Source: Escherichia coli (GTDB lineage: Bacteria > Pseudomonadota > Gammaproteobacteria > Enterobacterales > Enterobacteriaceae). Taken from it: a stretch of DNA of 64,000 nt. Location: NCBI RefSeq assembly GCF_050920415.1, contig NZ_CP169309.1; one strand, given 5' to 3'. Both the position numbers and the translations under genes were made by a program. How positions within the stretch are numbered: position 1 is the stretch's first letter; each line of letters opens with the position of its first letter. Under the pieces are notes generated by a model. The model saw nothing but the letters and a program-made list of their open reading frames with translations. It had not been told where the DNA came from and did not search any database. Below, in pieces: positions 46,134 to 55,692 of the stretch.

Positions 46134-47348
46134 ATGAAGATCGTAAAGGCTGAAGTTTTTGTTACCTGTCCGGGGCGTAATTTCGTCACATTAAAAATCA
46201 CCACTGAGGACGGTATTACGGGCCTTGGGGATGCCACCCTCAATGGACGTGAGCTTTCCGTGGCCTCTTATTTGCAGGATCACCTTTGTCCGCAGCTTAT
46301 TGGTCGCGATGCACAGCGTATCGAAGATATCTGGCAGTTTTTCTATAAAGGTGCTTACTGGCGTCGCGGTCCGGTGACGATGTCGGCCATTTCAGCGGTT
46401 GATATGGCGTTGTGGGATATTAAAGCCAAAGCTGCCAACATGCCGCTTTACCAGTTACTCGGCGGCGCGTCTCGTGAAGGGGTGATGGTTTATTGCCATA
46501 CCACCGGTCACAGTATTGATGAAGCTCTGGATGATTATGCCCGTCATCAGGAGCTGGGATTCAAAGCCATCCGCGTGCAGTGCGGAATCCCTGGTATGAA
46601 AACCACCTACGGCATGTCGAAAGGCAAAGGTCTGGCTTATGAACCCGCAACCAAAGGACAGTGGCCGGAAGAGCAGCTGTGGTCGACGGAGAAATACCTC
46701 GATTTCATGCCGAAATTGTTTGACGCGGTACGTAACAAGTTTGGTTTTAATGAACATTTGCTGCATGACATGCACCATCGCTTAACGCCTATTGAAGCGG
46801 CGCGCTTTGGTAAAAGCATTGAAGATTATCGCATGTTCTGGATGGAAGACCCGACGCCTGCGGAAAACCAGGAATGCTTCCGTCTCATTCGCCAACATAC
46901 CGTCACACCCATCGCGGTGGGTGAAGTCTTCAACAGCATCTGGGACTGCAAACAGCTGATTGAAGAACAACTTATCGACTATATCCGCACCACGCTGACT
47001 CACGCGGGGGGGATTACCGGTATGCGCCGGATTGCCGATTTTGCTTCGTTGTATCAGGTACGTACTGGCTCACACGGTCCTTCCGATTTGTCACCAGTCT
47101 GCATGGCTGCGGCGCTGCACTTTGATCTGTGGGTCCCCAATTTCGGTGTCCAGGAATACATGGGCTATTCCGAACAAATGCTCGAAGTCTTCCCGCACAA
47201 CTGGACTTTCGATAACGGCTATATGCATCCGGGAGACAAACCGGGTCTTGGCATCGAATTCGATGAAAAGCTGGCGGCGAAATATCCCTATGAACCTGCT
47301 TATCTGCCAGTCGCACGTCTGGAAGATGGCACGCTGTGGAACTGGTAA
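46134..47348 (+). CDS. rspA: Starvation-sensing protein RspA, enolase-superfamily mannonate dehydratase-like (404 aa)
   Basis: [42 protein letters not shown] from internal ATG 46134. Confidence 0.9.
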   Translation: MKIVKAEVFVTCPGRNFVTLKITTEDGITGLGDATLNGRELSVASYLQDHLCPQLIGRDAQRIEDIWQFFYKGAYWRRGPVTMSAISAVDMALWDIKAKAANMPLYQLLGGASREGVMVYCHTTGHSIDEALDDYARHQELGFKAIRVQCGIPGMKTTYGMSKGKGLAYEPATKGQWPEEQLWSTEKYLDFMPKLFDAVRNKFGFNEHLLHDMHHRLTPIEAARFGKSIEDYRMFWMEDPTPAENQECFRLIRQHTVTPIAVGEVFNSIWDCKQLIEEQLIDYIRTTLTHAGGITGMRRIADFASLYQVRTGSHGPSDLSPVCMAAALHFDLWVPNFGVQEYMGYSEQMLEVFPHNWTFDNGYMHPGDKPGLGIEFDEKLAAKYPYEPAYLPVARLEDGTLWNW

Positions 47349-47359
47349 GGAGTAAGATA

Positions 47360-48379
47360 ATGAAAAGCATTTTAATTGAAAAACCGAATCAACTGGCAAT
47401 TATCGAACGCGAAATACCCACCCCGTCAGCGGGTGAAGTTCGAGTAAAAGTGAAACTTGCCGGAATTTGTGGTTCAGATAGCCATATTTATCGTGGGCAT
47501 AATCCTTTTGCGAAATATCCGCGCGTCATTGGACATGAATTCTTTGGCGTCATTGATGCAGTGGGTGAAGGCGTGGAAAGCGACAGAGTCGGTGAACGCG
47601 TTGCTGTCGATCCGGTGGTCAGCTGTGGGCATTGCTATCCGTGCTCTATAGGTAAGCCGAACGTTTGTACGACACTGGCTGTATTAGGTGTGCACGCTGA
47701 CGGTGGTTTCAGTGAATATGCCGTGGTGCCGGCAAAAAATGCGTGGAAAATTCCTGAAGCAGTGGCCGATCAATATGCGGTGATGATCGAACCTTTTACC
47801 ATTGCGGCTAACGTTACCGGTCATGGTCAACCGACTGAAAATGATACCGTTCTGGTTTACGGTGCAGGTCCAATCGGCCTGACGATCGTTCAGGTATTAA
47901 AAGGCGTCTATAACGTTAAGAATGTGATTGTTGCCGATCGCATTGATGAACGACTGGAAAAAGCGAAAGAGAGCGGGGCAGACTGGGCGATTAATAACAG
48001 CCAGACACCGCTTGGCGAGATTTTCGCTGAAAAAGGCATAAAGCCGACATTAATTATCGATGCGGCTTGTCATCCTTCAATCCTGAAAGAAGCCGTAACG
48101 CTGGCTTCTCCAGCGGCACGTATTGTATTGATGGGCTTCTCCAGTGAACCGTCTGCAGTGATTCAGCAAGGAATTACCGGAAAAGAACTCTCTATTTTCT
48201 CTTCACGCTTAAATGCAAATAAATTCCCGGTCGTTATCGACTGGTTAAGTAAAGGGTTAATTAAACCAGAAAAACTAATTACCCATACGTTTGATTTCCA
48301 GCATGTTGCTGATGCCATTAGTTTATTTGAACAGGATCAAAAGCATTGCTGCAAAGTCTTACTCACTTTTTCTGAATAA
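47360..48379 (+). CDS. rspB: Zn-dependent medium-chain dehydrogenase RspB (339 aa)
   Basis: MDR motifs GICGSDSH and GHEFFG; start at internal ATG 47360. Confidence 0.9.
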   Translation: MKSILIEKPNQLAIIEREIPTPSAGEVRVKVKLAGICGSDSHIYRGHNPFAKYPRVIGHEFFGVIDAVGEGVESDRVGERVAVDPVVSCGHCYPCSIGKPNVCTTLAVLGVHADGGFSEYAVVPAKNAWKIPEAVADQYAVMIEPFTIAANVTGHGQPTENDTVLVYGAGPIGLTIVQVLKGVYNVKNVIVADRIDERLEKAKESGADWAINNSQTPLGEIFAEKGIKPTLIIDAACHPSILKEAVTLASPAARIVLMGFSSEPSAVIQQGITGKELSIFSSRLNANKFPVVIDWLSKGLIKPEKLITHTFDFQHVADAISLFEQDQKHCCKVLLTFSE

Positions 48380-48436
48380 TACCAATAACGGCGAGTAAGT
48401 AGTACGCATCTTACCTCTTTTTTAGAGATAACCATT

Positions 48437-48544
48437 ATGACAATAGAAAAACACGAAAGAAGCACTAAGGATTTGGTGAAAGCAGCAGTATCGGGATGGC
48501 TGGGCACTGCGCTTGAATTCATGGATTTCAAGAGTCATGAATAG
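48437..48544 (+). pseudogene. ydfJ: 5' remnant (35 codons) of MFS transporter gene ydfJ, truncated by prophage integration
   Basis: Short ORF MTIEKHERSTKDLVKAAVSGWLGTALEFMDFKSHE-stop lying directly before the phage integrase gene. In K-12 the Qin prophage interrupts ydfJ at this locus. Confidence 0.5.
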
Positions 48545-48566
48545 TAACCATTTGATAATTAATAAA

Positions 48567-49862
48567 TTAATTTTTCACCACCTCGTTTTGGGGCATGGTT
48601 GGGGCAAACTCGCTTAGCTGTGTATTTAACAGGGCTACCTGTGCATTATTGTTTTCAGACATCCATTTCCCGTATACCTGAAACACCATTTGCGCATCTG
48701 CATGTCCCATCTGGTTTGCTATGAATGCCGGGTTGGCACCGGCTGTCAACGACCAGCAGGCATAAGTATGTCTCGACTGATATGATTTGCGGTGGCGGAG
48801 GCCAGCGCGCTTTATCGCTGCGTCCCACATCTGCCTTATTGAGTCAACGGTAAAATGGTCACCATAATTTTTTACTCTCGCTGACACTTCAGGTTGAAAA
48901 ACAAAGGTGCATTTTTGTTTTTCTGTTCTGCCGAACTCTCTGAGGTGAACGTCAATAATATGTTCTTTGCTCAGCCTCGTTAGTGTCATCTGACTCCTGA
49001 GAGCGTCGATTGCAGGCTTGATAAGGTGAATTACCCGATTGGTACCAGCCTGTGTTTTCGGTACCGTAAAACGATCTTTTGCTAAATTTCTCCTGATCAT
49101 CATTGTTCCATTTTTCAGATCTATGTCCTCCCACCCAAGCGCACACAGTTCACCAGGGCGAATGCCTGTATAAACAGAAACACACCATAAATTTTTGGCC
49201 TGCTGATTTCTGCAGGCGTCGATAAGACGGATAAATTCCTCCCGTGAAAGAGGATCAGGAATGGTTCTTGATTCCTTTAATGGCGAGATCCCCTTAAACG
49301 GATTATCTGCCAGGTAACCGTTATCAACACCAAACTGGAACACGGCGTTAAGATTTGTCATGTAATTATTTACAGTTACAGCCGATCTCCCTGGTTGTGT
49401 AACAATATAGTTACTTTTGGGGATCTGGTATCCAGTCAGTAGCTCTTTACGAACCTCCAGTAATTTTTCTTTATTAATCGATGAGGCAAGATTTTTTTCA
49501 CCGATTATGCTCAGGATATTTTTGATGACGGCACGGTATGTGTTGAGTGATGCTTTGGCGACTTCAGTTTCTTTCAGTGCCAGAAATTTTTCAGCCAGTT
49601 CTTTTATGGTTAAATCTTGTCGGGCCTCACCAAATTTTTCCAGATTGCGTGAGGAGGGAAACTGTTTTGCATAGTCGAAAACACCAGTTTTTATTGCGTA
49701 ACAAACAGAGGAGCGTAGTTCACCTGCAACGCGCCTGTTTTTTGCTGTGTCAGGAACCCCCAGATTTTCCCTGACTCTTACGCCTTTATAAACAAACCAG
49801 ATACGTAATTTCCCTCCATGGTTTTCCACGCCTGTCGGATATTTCATTTCAACTTCTCTCAT
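48567..49862 (-). CDS. Prophage tyrosine integrase (site-specific recombinase)
   Basis: C-terminal catalytic region with RHTYACW (His-x-x-Arg), GHADAQM and VYGKW (Tyr nucleophile); phage Int N-terminal arm-binding-type domain. True start may be the internal ATG giving MKYPTGVENHGG. Confidence 0.85.
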   Translation of the reverse strand: MREVEMKYPTGVENHGGKLRIWFVYKGVRVRENLGVPDTAKNRRVAGELRSSVCYAIKTGVFDYAKQFPSSRNLEKFGEARQDLTIKELAEKFLALKETEVAKASLNTYRAVIKNILSIIGEKNLASSINKEKLLEVRKELLTGYQIPKSNYIVTQPGRSAVTVNNYMTNLNAVFQFGVDNGYLADNPFKGISPLKESRTIPDPLSREEFIRLIDACRNQQAKNLWCVSVYTGIRPGELCALGWEDIDLKNGTMMIRRNLAKDRFTVPKTQAGTNRVIHLIKPAIDALRSQMTLTRLSKEHIIDVHLREFGRTEKQKCTFVFQPEVSARVKNYGDHFTVDSIRQMWDAAIKRAGLRHRKSYQSRHTYACWSLTAGANPAFIANQMGHADAQMVFQVYGKWMSENNNAQVALLNTQLSEFAPTMPQNEVVKN

Positions 49863-49881
49863 TAGTTAGTGTGGCTTTTAG

Positions 49882-50133
49882 TCAAGTAAGATGACGTCTT
49901 GGTCTCGCTGATGCCTGGCGCTCAATCCAGCGATCAATTTCTTCCAGGTTGTAAAAGCATGGACTGTTATCCCATGGCATACCGTCATGAGCGACATGCT
50001 TATATTCCCTTCCTTCCATAAACGATTTTTCCCGGGCCTTTTTTAACGTACCTTTTTTTATTCCTTTCAGCGCAATTAACTGCTCTTCGGATACCCATTT
50101 GCCGGGAGAGACAATCATGATTACTTCGCTCAT
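49882..50133 (-). CDS. Excisionase-like small protein (putative Xis)
   Basis: 83-codon ORF immediately upstream of int on the same strand; small basic protein. Function inferred from position and size. Confidence 0.55.
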   Translation of the reverse strand: MSEVIMIVSPGKWVSEEQLIALKGIKKGTLKKAREKSFMEGREYKHVAHDGMPWDNSPCFYNLEEIDRWIERQASARPRRHLT

Positions 50134-50205
50134 CGATTTCTTTATCTCTTACATCAGACGAGCGCCGGTTGCAGAATACCAGTCACAACCGGCGACAGTT
50201 GAACA

Positions 50206-52677
50206 TTAAGAATCAGCCTGACTCGGGATCAGTTTTTGCCAGATAACTGAAACGTATTTTGCCTGGTAACGGGCGTCATCAAGTGCATTATGGCGCTCAC
50301 CTTCGAATGGAATAGCCGTTCTGGCATCGAAGTCTATGGCTTTCCCCAGCTCAACGATTGTGCGTACATCGCGATCGTTGTAGTAACGCCACGGGCAGGG
50401 GATCCCCTGCCGTTCGTATGAACGGCGCAAAATCGTGTTGTCGAAGTTGGCTCCATTTCCCCAGACCTGAACAAAAAATTCACCGGAGTTTTCGTCGATA
50501 AATTCCCGCAATTGTAACAGTGCATCATCTAACGGGATTTCATCGGTCATAATGGCAGATTGCGCTTCGCGTGATTGCTTAAGCCACCATTTAATGGTGT
50601 CCCGATCAATGACTCCGCCAGCAGTTTCCAGATCGATAGTCTTACTAAATTCCGGTCCCATATCTCCGGTTTGCGGATCGAAAAATATTGCACCTATTGA
50701 GATAATCGGGGCATCAGGATTTTTTCCCATGGTTTCAAGGTCGATCATTAGATGGTCACACGTCCTGCTGGTGGATGTGATAACGTGATGACCGTTCACC
50801 GCAATTAAGGGATCTGCCGTCTCGCCAGTTTCATTATTGCTGGCGTGGTCCTGAGCGCTGCCAGCATTCTCCTTGTGTGGATGTTCAGCGCCTTCCATTT
50901 CCTCCGGATCATTTTCCTGAACTTCAACCTGATTCTCTTCATCGAATGTTTCTTGGTATGTTGCGTCGCCCATCACCGCACCACAATCAGGGCAGTTGCC
51001 GCCGCCGGTCTGACCGCATGCGGTGCAGACTTTTTCCGCTTCCTGTTGCGCTACTGGCTCAGGTTGTTTCGTTTCTGGCTCGTTTTGTAACGCATTTGGG
51101 CTGTTTTGTTCTGCTTTCTGGTCGTTCTGTTCCGTTTCTTGCTGGTTCTGATTCACTGAATCGCGGGTTTCAATCCCCTTCACCCATTTCGGATCATTCG
51201 GGTCGCTAATCCCTGCAACAAATTCACCACGTGATACAGCAAGCAACTTATCGGCGTCAGGCTGGCTGATATTGGCTGCCTGCATAATTTTGTTTACTTC
51301 GTCAGCGGTAACTTTTACCGGCTCTGGTTGTGCGGTCGTGTCAGATGCACCAGTATTTTGTTGTGAACCTGAGTATGTACCGTTTTTACGGGCAAAATAT
51401 TCTTCTTTCGTGATTTCAGTAGCCCCTGCAGTCAGCGCCTTATTCAGACCAGAAAGTTTGTTTGCGCGACCATATTTTTCGCCATCCTTGTCGGTGAAGA
51501 GGAAGTAGAACGGCCCCTCACGCTCTACAGATGGTTCGACTTCCACTTTGCATTCGGTTTTTTCGTTGTCCGGAATTGCCGTTTCCACTGCATCAGTTTC
51601 TGGTACTGGCGACGAGAGAGTATCAGTTGCGCTCTGATTTCTTCCTTCATCTTCAAACACGCCCTTTGTAGTCAGGTATTCAGTAATGTATTTGTTCAGT
51701 GTCACAGGGTCTTTGTGAATGTCGATCGGACGTTCACGGACAAGGCCAAAAATAGTCTGGCGGTCGTAGCGAAGGGCATCAGGCTGTTTGCGCATTGATG
51801 CCGAGATACGCTTCCAGTCTTCGCGGTCGTTGTCGATAACTTCATTTTTTGCCCAGCGATGGATGCTGCCGTCAATGTTTCCGGCATCCACATCACCAGG
51901 CCAGAGAGCGTAGGCCAGTTCGTCATCCAGTGTTTTCCATGTCTGCTTGTATTCGCGATGAGTGGCAGCAATGACCGGGCTGATTTTTCCTGTTGAATTG
52001 TCAGTGTACTGTTGATTGGCTCTGGCGCGGGCGAGATCAACAACAGACGTGTATTTTCCGGTTTCCTTGCGTTCACCTTCGCGACGTTTTTTCCAGATGC
52101 GCATCTCTGCCTGAATTTCGGGCCATTTAGCACCAGGAATACATTTATGCTTAACCCACCCAATGGCGTGCAACTTAAGCTCCGGATACATGGCGTTAAC
52201 TTCTGGCATTTTCATCAACGCTTCAACGATATGTCCGTCGAATGTTGCCATGTCTTCCTGCAACAATTCCTGTGCGCTAATAACCATATCAACGGTGATG
52301 TTTTCACATGTGTCGAACTTAACCAGGACCGCGTTCTGTACTTCAGGGGACAGCTTGTCAAAATTGACGTTCATCGGATCGGATTCTGGTTCGACCGGGA
52401 CAAAGGAAGCGCCTTCCTCATCCCAGCGGTTTTCCAGCATATATTCGGTATCCCAGGAGTCGATGGCAGGGCGGGGCATGCCGGGTTTATCCTCGCAGAC
52501 AAGAAATTTATAAGCGCAGTCCTGAGCAGCCGGATATTGCTCCAGGAATTGCCAGGTAAATTTGGCTCGGGCGCGACGTTCGTCGCCGGCTTCAATGGCA
52601 GTGGCTACAGCGACTGCACCTTCTTCCTTTATTGCCTGTTCGTCCGGAATGGCGGCGCAAATAAAGACTTTACTCAT
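50206..52677 (-). CDS. Prophage RecE-like protein (823 aa): acidic/Gln-rich linker with CxxC...CxxC zinc ribbon and C-terminal DEDDh-type 3'-5' exonuclease motifs
   Basis: Linker ...DPNDPKWVKGIETRD...CTACGQTGGGNCPDCGAVMGDATYQETFDEE... resembles the RecE linker as I recall it. C-terminus has Exo I motif MIDLETMG, Exo II-like FVQVWGNGANFD and Exo III HNALDDARY. Confidence 0.6.
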   Translation of the reverse strand: MSKVFICAAIPDEQAIKEEGAVAVATAIEAGDERRARAKFTWQFLEQYPAAQDCAYKFLVCEDKPGMPRPAIDSWDTEYMLENRWDEEGASFVPVEPESDPMNVNFDKLSPEVQNAVLVKFDTCENITVDMVISAQELLQEDMATFDGHIVEALMKMPEVNAMYPELKLHAIGWVKHKCIPGAKWPEIQAEMRIWKKRREGERKETGKYTSVVDLARARANQQYTDNSTGKISPVIAATHREYKQTWKTLDDELAYALWPGDVDAGNIDGSIHRWAKNEVIDNDREDWKRISASMRKQPDALRYDRQTIFGLVRERPIDIHKDPVTLNKYITEYLTTKGVFEDEGRNQSATDTLSSPVPETDAVETAIPDNEKTECKVEVEPSVEREGPFYFLFTDKDGEKYGRANKLSGLNKALTAGATEITKEEYFARKNGTYSGSQQNTGASDTTAQPEPVKVTADEVNKIMQAANISQPDADKLLAVSRGEFVAGISDPNDPKWVKGIETRDSVNQNQQETEQNDQKAEQNSPNALQNEPETKQPEPVAQQEAEKVCTACGQTGGGNCPDCGAVMGDATYQETFDEENQVEVQENDPEEMEGAEHPHKENAGSAQDHASNNETGETADPLIAVNGHHVITSTSRTCDHLMIDLETMGKNPDAPIISIGAIFFDPQTGDMGPEFSKTIDLETAGGVIDRDTIKWWLKQSREAQSAIMTDEIPLDDALLQLREFIDENSGEFFVQVWGNGANFDNTILRRSYERQGIPCPWRYYNDRDVRTIVELGKAIDFDARTAIPFEGERHNALDDARYQAKYVSVIWQKLIPSQADS

Positions 52678-52757
52678 TTTGTTTTAACCTCATTACAGAT
52701 TTAAGGGTGAACAAATCCCTGCCATTGCTGGCATATAAAAATGAAACCGGATATTAA

Positions 52758-52961
52758 TTACGGTGCTGTTTTAAGTCCTGCCGGGATTTCGTTATTGTCC
52801 ATGCGAATAACTTTCTCAACCGGATAACAGTTGCCGGGAATTTTCTGTTCCGCTGCGGCAGCCATGCATTCTTTCATTGAGTCATGTATACCAATAACAA
52901 GATCAACTGGCTCGCCCGTATTAAGAAAAACCGTCAGAACGAGTGCAAATGCTGTATTCAT
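52758..52961 (-). CDS. Hypothetical small secreted/membrane prophage protein (about 67 aa)
   Basis: ORF with signal-like N-terminus MNTAFALVLTVFLNTGE... immediately upstream of the recE-like gene; the track ORF extends to 53015. Confidence 0.35.
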   Translation of the reverse strand: MNTAFALVLTVFLNTGEPVDLVIGIHDSMKECMAAAAEQKIPGNCYPVEKVIRMDNNEIPAGLKTAP

Positions 52962-53898
52962 TGCCAGTATCCTTTTTGCATCAGACGTAAACGGGCCAGC
53001 ATTGATACAATGCATATTTGATTTAATAGCTCCCGTTCGTGTTTTCTCTTATTAATGGCATCTTCAGTAAATACAGGGTTACTGATTCTGACACCAATTT
53101 CAAAACAACCTTCAGACGTATTAACGTTTGGTAATAACGTTTCCATTATCGCGTCCTCAACAATGAATTTTGTGATACGGTGCCTGGTGCCTCCAGGTGA
53201 CGTTAACCAGTTAACAATTAACGCCGGATACAGAGAACCCACCCATAAGAACCAATACGGAAGTCAACTGGCCTTTTTAACTGTTCCGCGTGCGCTTAGC
53301 CGCATTCACCGCATCACAAAATTCACTTTAAAAAGGGCGGCAGAGCAGTCACGGAGTAAAACTGATACCGCCAAACGTCACCAGAAAATTGATAACAGAG
53401 GGCGTTGCAGCGGGGTTGCCACTTAAGCGTATGGTCAACCTGACAACCCGGTGTCCTCAACGGGGAAGGAATAACCCCGCCATACTTACCGCCGCGCCAT
53501 TTCGCGGATTGCCACAACCGGAAGCGCACAGACGAAGATGTCAGTGGTACACAACAAAGGGAGGAATGACTTCGCCGTGCGCTTTCGCGTTATGCCCTGA
53601 CTTTTCAGGGATATATCCTTTCAGTAAACTGTTTGTGCCGGATTCTTATCCGTGTCCGGCGCACGACCACGCGCTGTCACGTGTGGTCTCCATTCTCAAC
53701 CAGTAACCTCAATGGAGGATAAAATTAAAATGGTCAGCAAACTAAATTAGACTCGCTGGAAGATTCATTATTAAACAGCGCGTTTAAATTATATTCTTGA
53801 ATGTTTTGGGGATAACCTTGCTGCTGAGGAAGGCTATCCAAACCATGTCGATGGTTTCGAAGCGATATATCTTTATCTATCCCGTAAACATGGATGGA

Positions 53899-54300
53899 CT
53901 ATTTCACAGTGTCGTTTAATGCCACTGGATGATATTCGCCTTGCTCTTTCGTTAGAGCTATCAGGGTGGCGACTCCCTGATGATGCAAAGATTGACGACC
54001 ATCATTCTCACGATGATATAAGTTGTTAAGTTCCAGTAGTTTGGCTTTTGCAATGGCCTCTACAGATTTCCAGAATTTGTGGGGGTCTGTACTCTCTTCC
54101 TGTTCGTCAGGAATGTTATTGTCCTCAACAGAAACAGAATACAGTCCGGTAAACGCATCGCGCACATTACGAGCCATATTATCAATGTCTTTTTTCGTTT
54201 CAGCTTCTAATGCAACTTCGTTCAGACGTTGACGAAGTGTATGTGCTGCAATTTCTTGGATTTCTTTTGGTAACTCTTTAAATTCCATAGTCAACCTCAT
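53899..54300 (-). CDS. Hypothetical prophage early-left protein (about 130 aa)
   Basis: ORF translationally coupled to the upstream 76-codon ORF (the two share position 54300); acidic helical protein; no family recognised. Confidence 0.45.
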   Translation of the reverse strand: MRLTMEFKELPKEIQEIAAHTLRQRLNEVALEAETKKDIDNMARNVRDAFTGLYSVSVEDNNIPDEQEESTDPHKFWKSVEAIAKAKLLELNNLYHRENDGRQSLHHQGVATLIALTKEQGEYHPVALNDTVK

Positions 54301-54530
54301 CAGTCAGTGTTTCTGGCTAACCAGCGATGCGCGCCAGTTTCGGTTTTAAACGTTTTGCTTTTGGTATATGTCATCGCGGTGAACGTACCGTCCTGGTTGG
54401 GGAACACGCCACATACCAGAGATTCGCTGTTGCCAAGATCGATAGTATCCATGCTGACCTCATTTCCCCTTAACGCCGGGGTGGCGGAACAAAAACCTGC
54501 TGCATAGTTAAAGTTGAACCCTGCCGTCAT
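54300..54530 (-). CDS. Hypothetical small prophage protein (50-76 aa)
   Basis: First ORF after the putative early-left operator; possible internal start MDTIDLGNSESLVCGVFPNQDGTF. Confidence 0.4.
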   Translation of the reverse strand: MTAGFNFNYAAGFCSATPALRGNEVSMDTIDLGNSESLVCGVFPNQDGTFTAMTYTKSKTFKTETGAHRWLARNTD

Positions 54531-54620
54531 GTTCTTACGCCTCGGGCTGGCTACTTAACCCCTGACCACTGCCTGGTAACTCGAAGTATTGCCCTGCGTT
54601 CTGTGGGGCGGGGTGGTATA

Positions 54621-54650
54621 CTATAAAACTAAATCTATTTAGTTTTATAG
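54621..54650. promoter_or_regulatory. Perfect 14-bp-arm palindrome CTATAAAACTAAAT-CT-ATTTAGTTTTATAG; candidate OL-type operator for the CI-like repressor
   Basis: Exact 30-bp inverted repeat between the repressor gene and the early-left ORFs; a related half-site (CTAAAA...TTTTAG) recurs in the cI-cro intergenic region. Confidence 0.55.
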
Positions 54651-54671
54651 TCAAGCGCGATCTAGATATAT

Positions 54672-54698
54672 TTAAAAAAAGGTCGACAAAGCCGACCT
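54672..54698 (-). terminator. Candidate rho-independent terminator downstream of the repressor gene
   Basis: Minus-strand hairpin AGGUCG-loop-CGACCU followed by U7, about 25 nt after the repressor stop. Confidence 0.5.
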
Positions 54699-54721
54699 CT
54701 GATTGAAAAACAAAGTGGAAG

Positions 54722-55372
54722 CTATAGGCTGAACTGCACACCTTTTGCTACAGCAACAATTTTACATTCAGGTGTCAGTAAGGACGATTGATAGCGAGGA
54801 TTGAGGGGGCTTAAATACACGAGTTTTCCGTCGATGACTAATTTTTTTATAGTCATAGATGGTTCGTTTGTAAGCGGATCTGGGACTATTACAGCGACGA
54901 TACTACCATTTTTATATTTTTCTCTAGGCCTCATGATCACTGTGGCACCAACCGGAATGCTTGGCGACCCTGATGGGTTGTGCATAGTGTCATCAGGCAT
55001 TGAAACGGCAAAATCCCCCTCCTTGACGTCAAAGAATGTGGTGATTCTGTCGGCATTTCCCATAGTTTTCTCTCCTTCTAAAATTAGGAAAGAAATTGCT
55101 TCCCCCCATGAAAGATAGGGGATTTGGGTGCCTGAATTGTTCTGCACAAGGGTAGGTTCAGTAGACGATACTCCATATAGGAGATAGGACTCAGTAGTTC
55201 CTAGTGCTTGGGCTAATTTACTAAGAGCTTTGCTACCGGGTTCGTTTAGGTCTTTCTCCCAGTACCCTATAGTTACCCCTGTTACGCCAGAAAGCTTGCC
55301 CAGTTCGACTTGGGTCAGTCCCTTGTCTTTTCTGAGTCTCTTAAGCCTAATGCCAAGGCTTTCCATCATCAT
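54722..55372 (-). CDS. Prophage CI-like repressor: XRE-type HTH plus S24 (LexA-like) autopeptidase domain
   Basis: N-terminal HTH (LKRLRKDKGLTQVELGKLSGVTGVTIGYWE) and C-terminal S24-like region (...GSIVAVIV...KKLVIDGKLVYLSPLN); divergent from a cro-like gene. Confidence 0.85.
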   Translation of the reverse strand: MMMESLGIRLKRLRKDKGLTQVELGKLSGVTGVTIGYWEKDLNEPGSKALSKLAQALGTTESYLLYGVSSTEPTLVQNNSGTQIPYLSWGEAISFLILEGEKTMGNADRITTFFDVKEGDFAVSMPDDTMHNPSGSPSIPVGATVIMRPREKYKNGSIVAVIVPDPLTNEPSMTIKKLVIDGKLVYLSPLNPRYQSSLLTPECKIVAVAKGVQFSL

Positions 55373-55464
55373 CTCCCGTGAATTGAATATAAATTATTTT
55401 AGATTGCATTGACCTAAAAAAAATTATCCTTTAATCTAAAAATACTTAGTTTTAGGAGGGTGAA
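55373..55464. promoter_or_regulatory. Divergent promoter/operator region between the cI-like and cro-like genes
   Basis: AT-rich 92-bp spacer with partially palindromic sites TTTAGATTGCATTGACCTAAA (55398-55418) and CTAAAAATACTTAGTTTTAG (55436-55455); AGGAGG RBS precedes the cro-like start. Confidence 0.5.
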
Positions 55465-55692
55465 ATGCGAGTTGATGAACTTGTCCAGTTTTTTGGCTCT
55501 GTTCAGAGAGTTGCCGATTTTTATGGGATAACCCGTGAAGCTATATACATGTGGCGCAAACGTCCTGGTGAAATAGTTCCCAAGGGGAGGGCCGCGGAAG
55601 CTGCCGCATACTCCAAGGGAAAATTATCTTTGAACCCAGAACTTTACAAAAAGAAGGATAACACCTTGAACGAAGGAAAGAATGATTCATGA
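55465..55692 (+). CDS. Cro/YdaS-like small HTH regulator (75 aa)
   Basis: Small protein with HTH-like segment VQRVADFYGITREAIYMWRKR; first gene of the rightward operon opposite the repressor. Confidence 0.7.
   Translation: MRVDELVQFFGSVQRVADFYGITREAIYMWRKRPGEIVPKGRAAEAAAYSKGKLSLNPELYKKKDNTLNEGKNDS

Noticed and set aside
53323-53706. Track ORFs 53323..53529 (minus) and 53389..53706 (plus) in the GC-rich prophage spacer
   Set aside because: Translations are Arg/Pro/Cys-rich and non-globular; treated as non-coding (the region is reported as a possible structured-RNA candidate instead).
53700-54010. Plus-strand reading frame with a protein-like translation (...GYPNHVDGFEAIYLYLSRKHGWTISQCRL...) opposite the 53899..54300 gene
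   Set aside because: No in-frame ATG/GTG start with an RBS before the protein-like part (a stop sits upstream, and the first ATG leaves only 35 codons); the minus-strand ORF is complete and operon-coupled.
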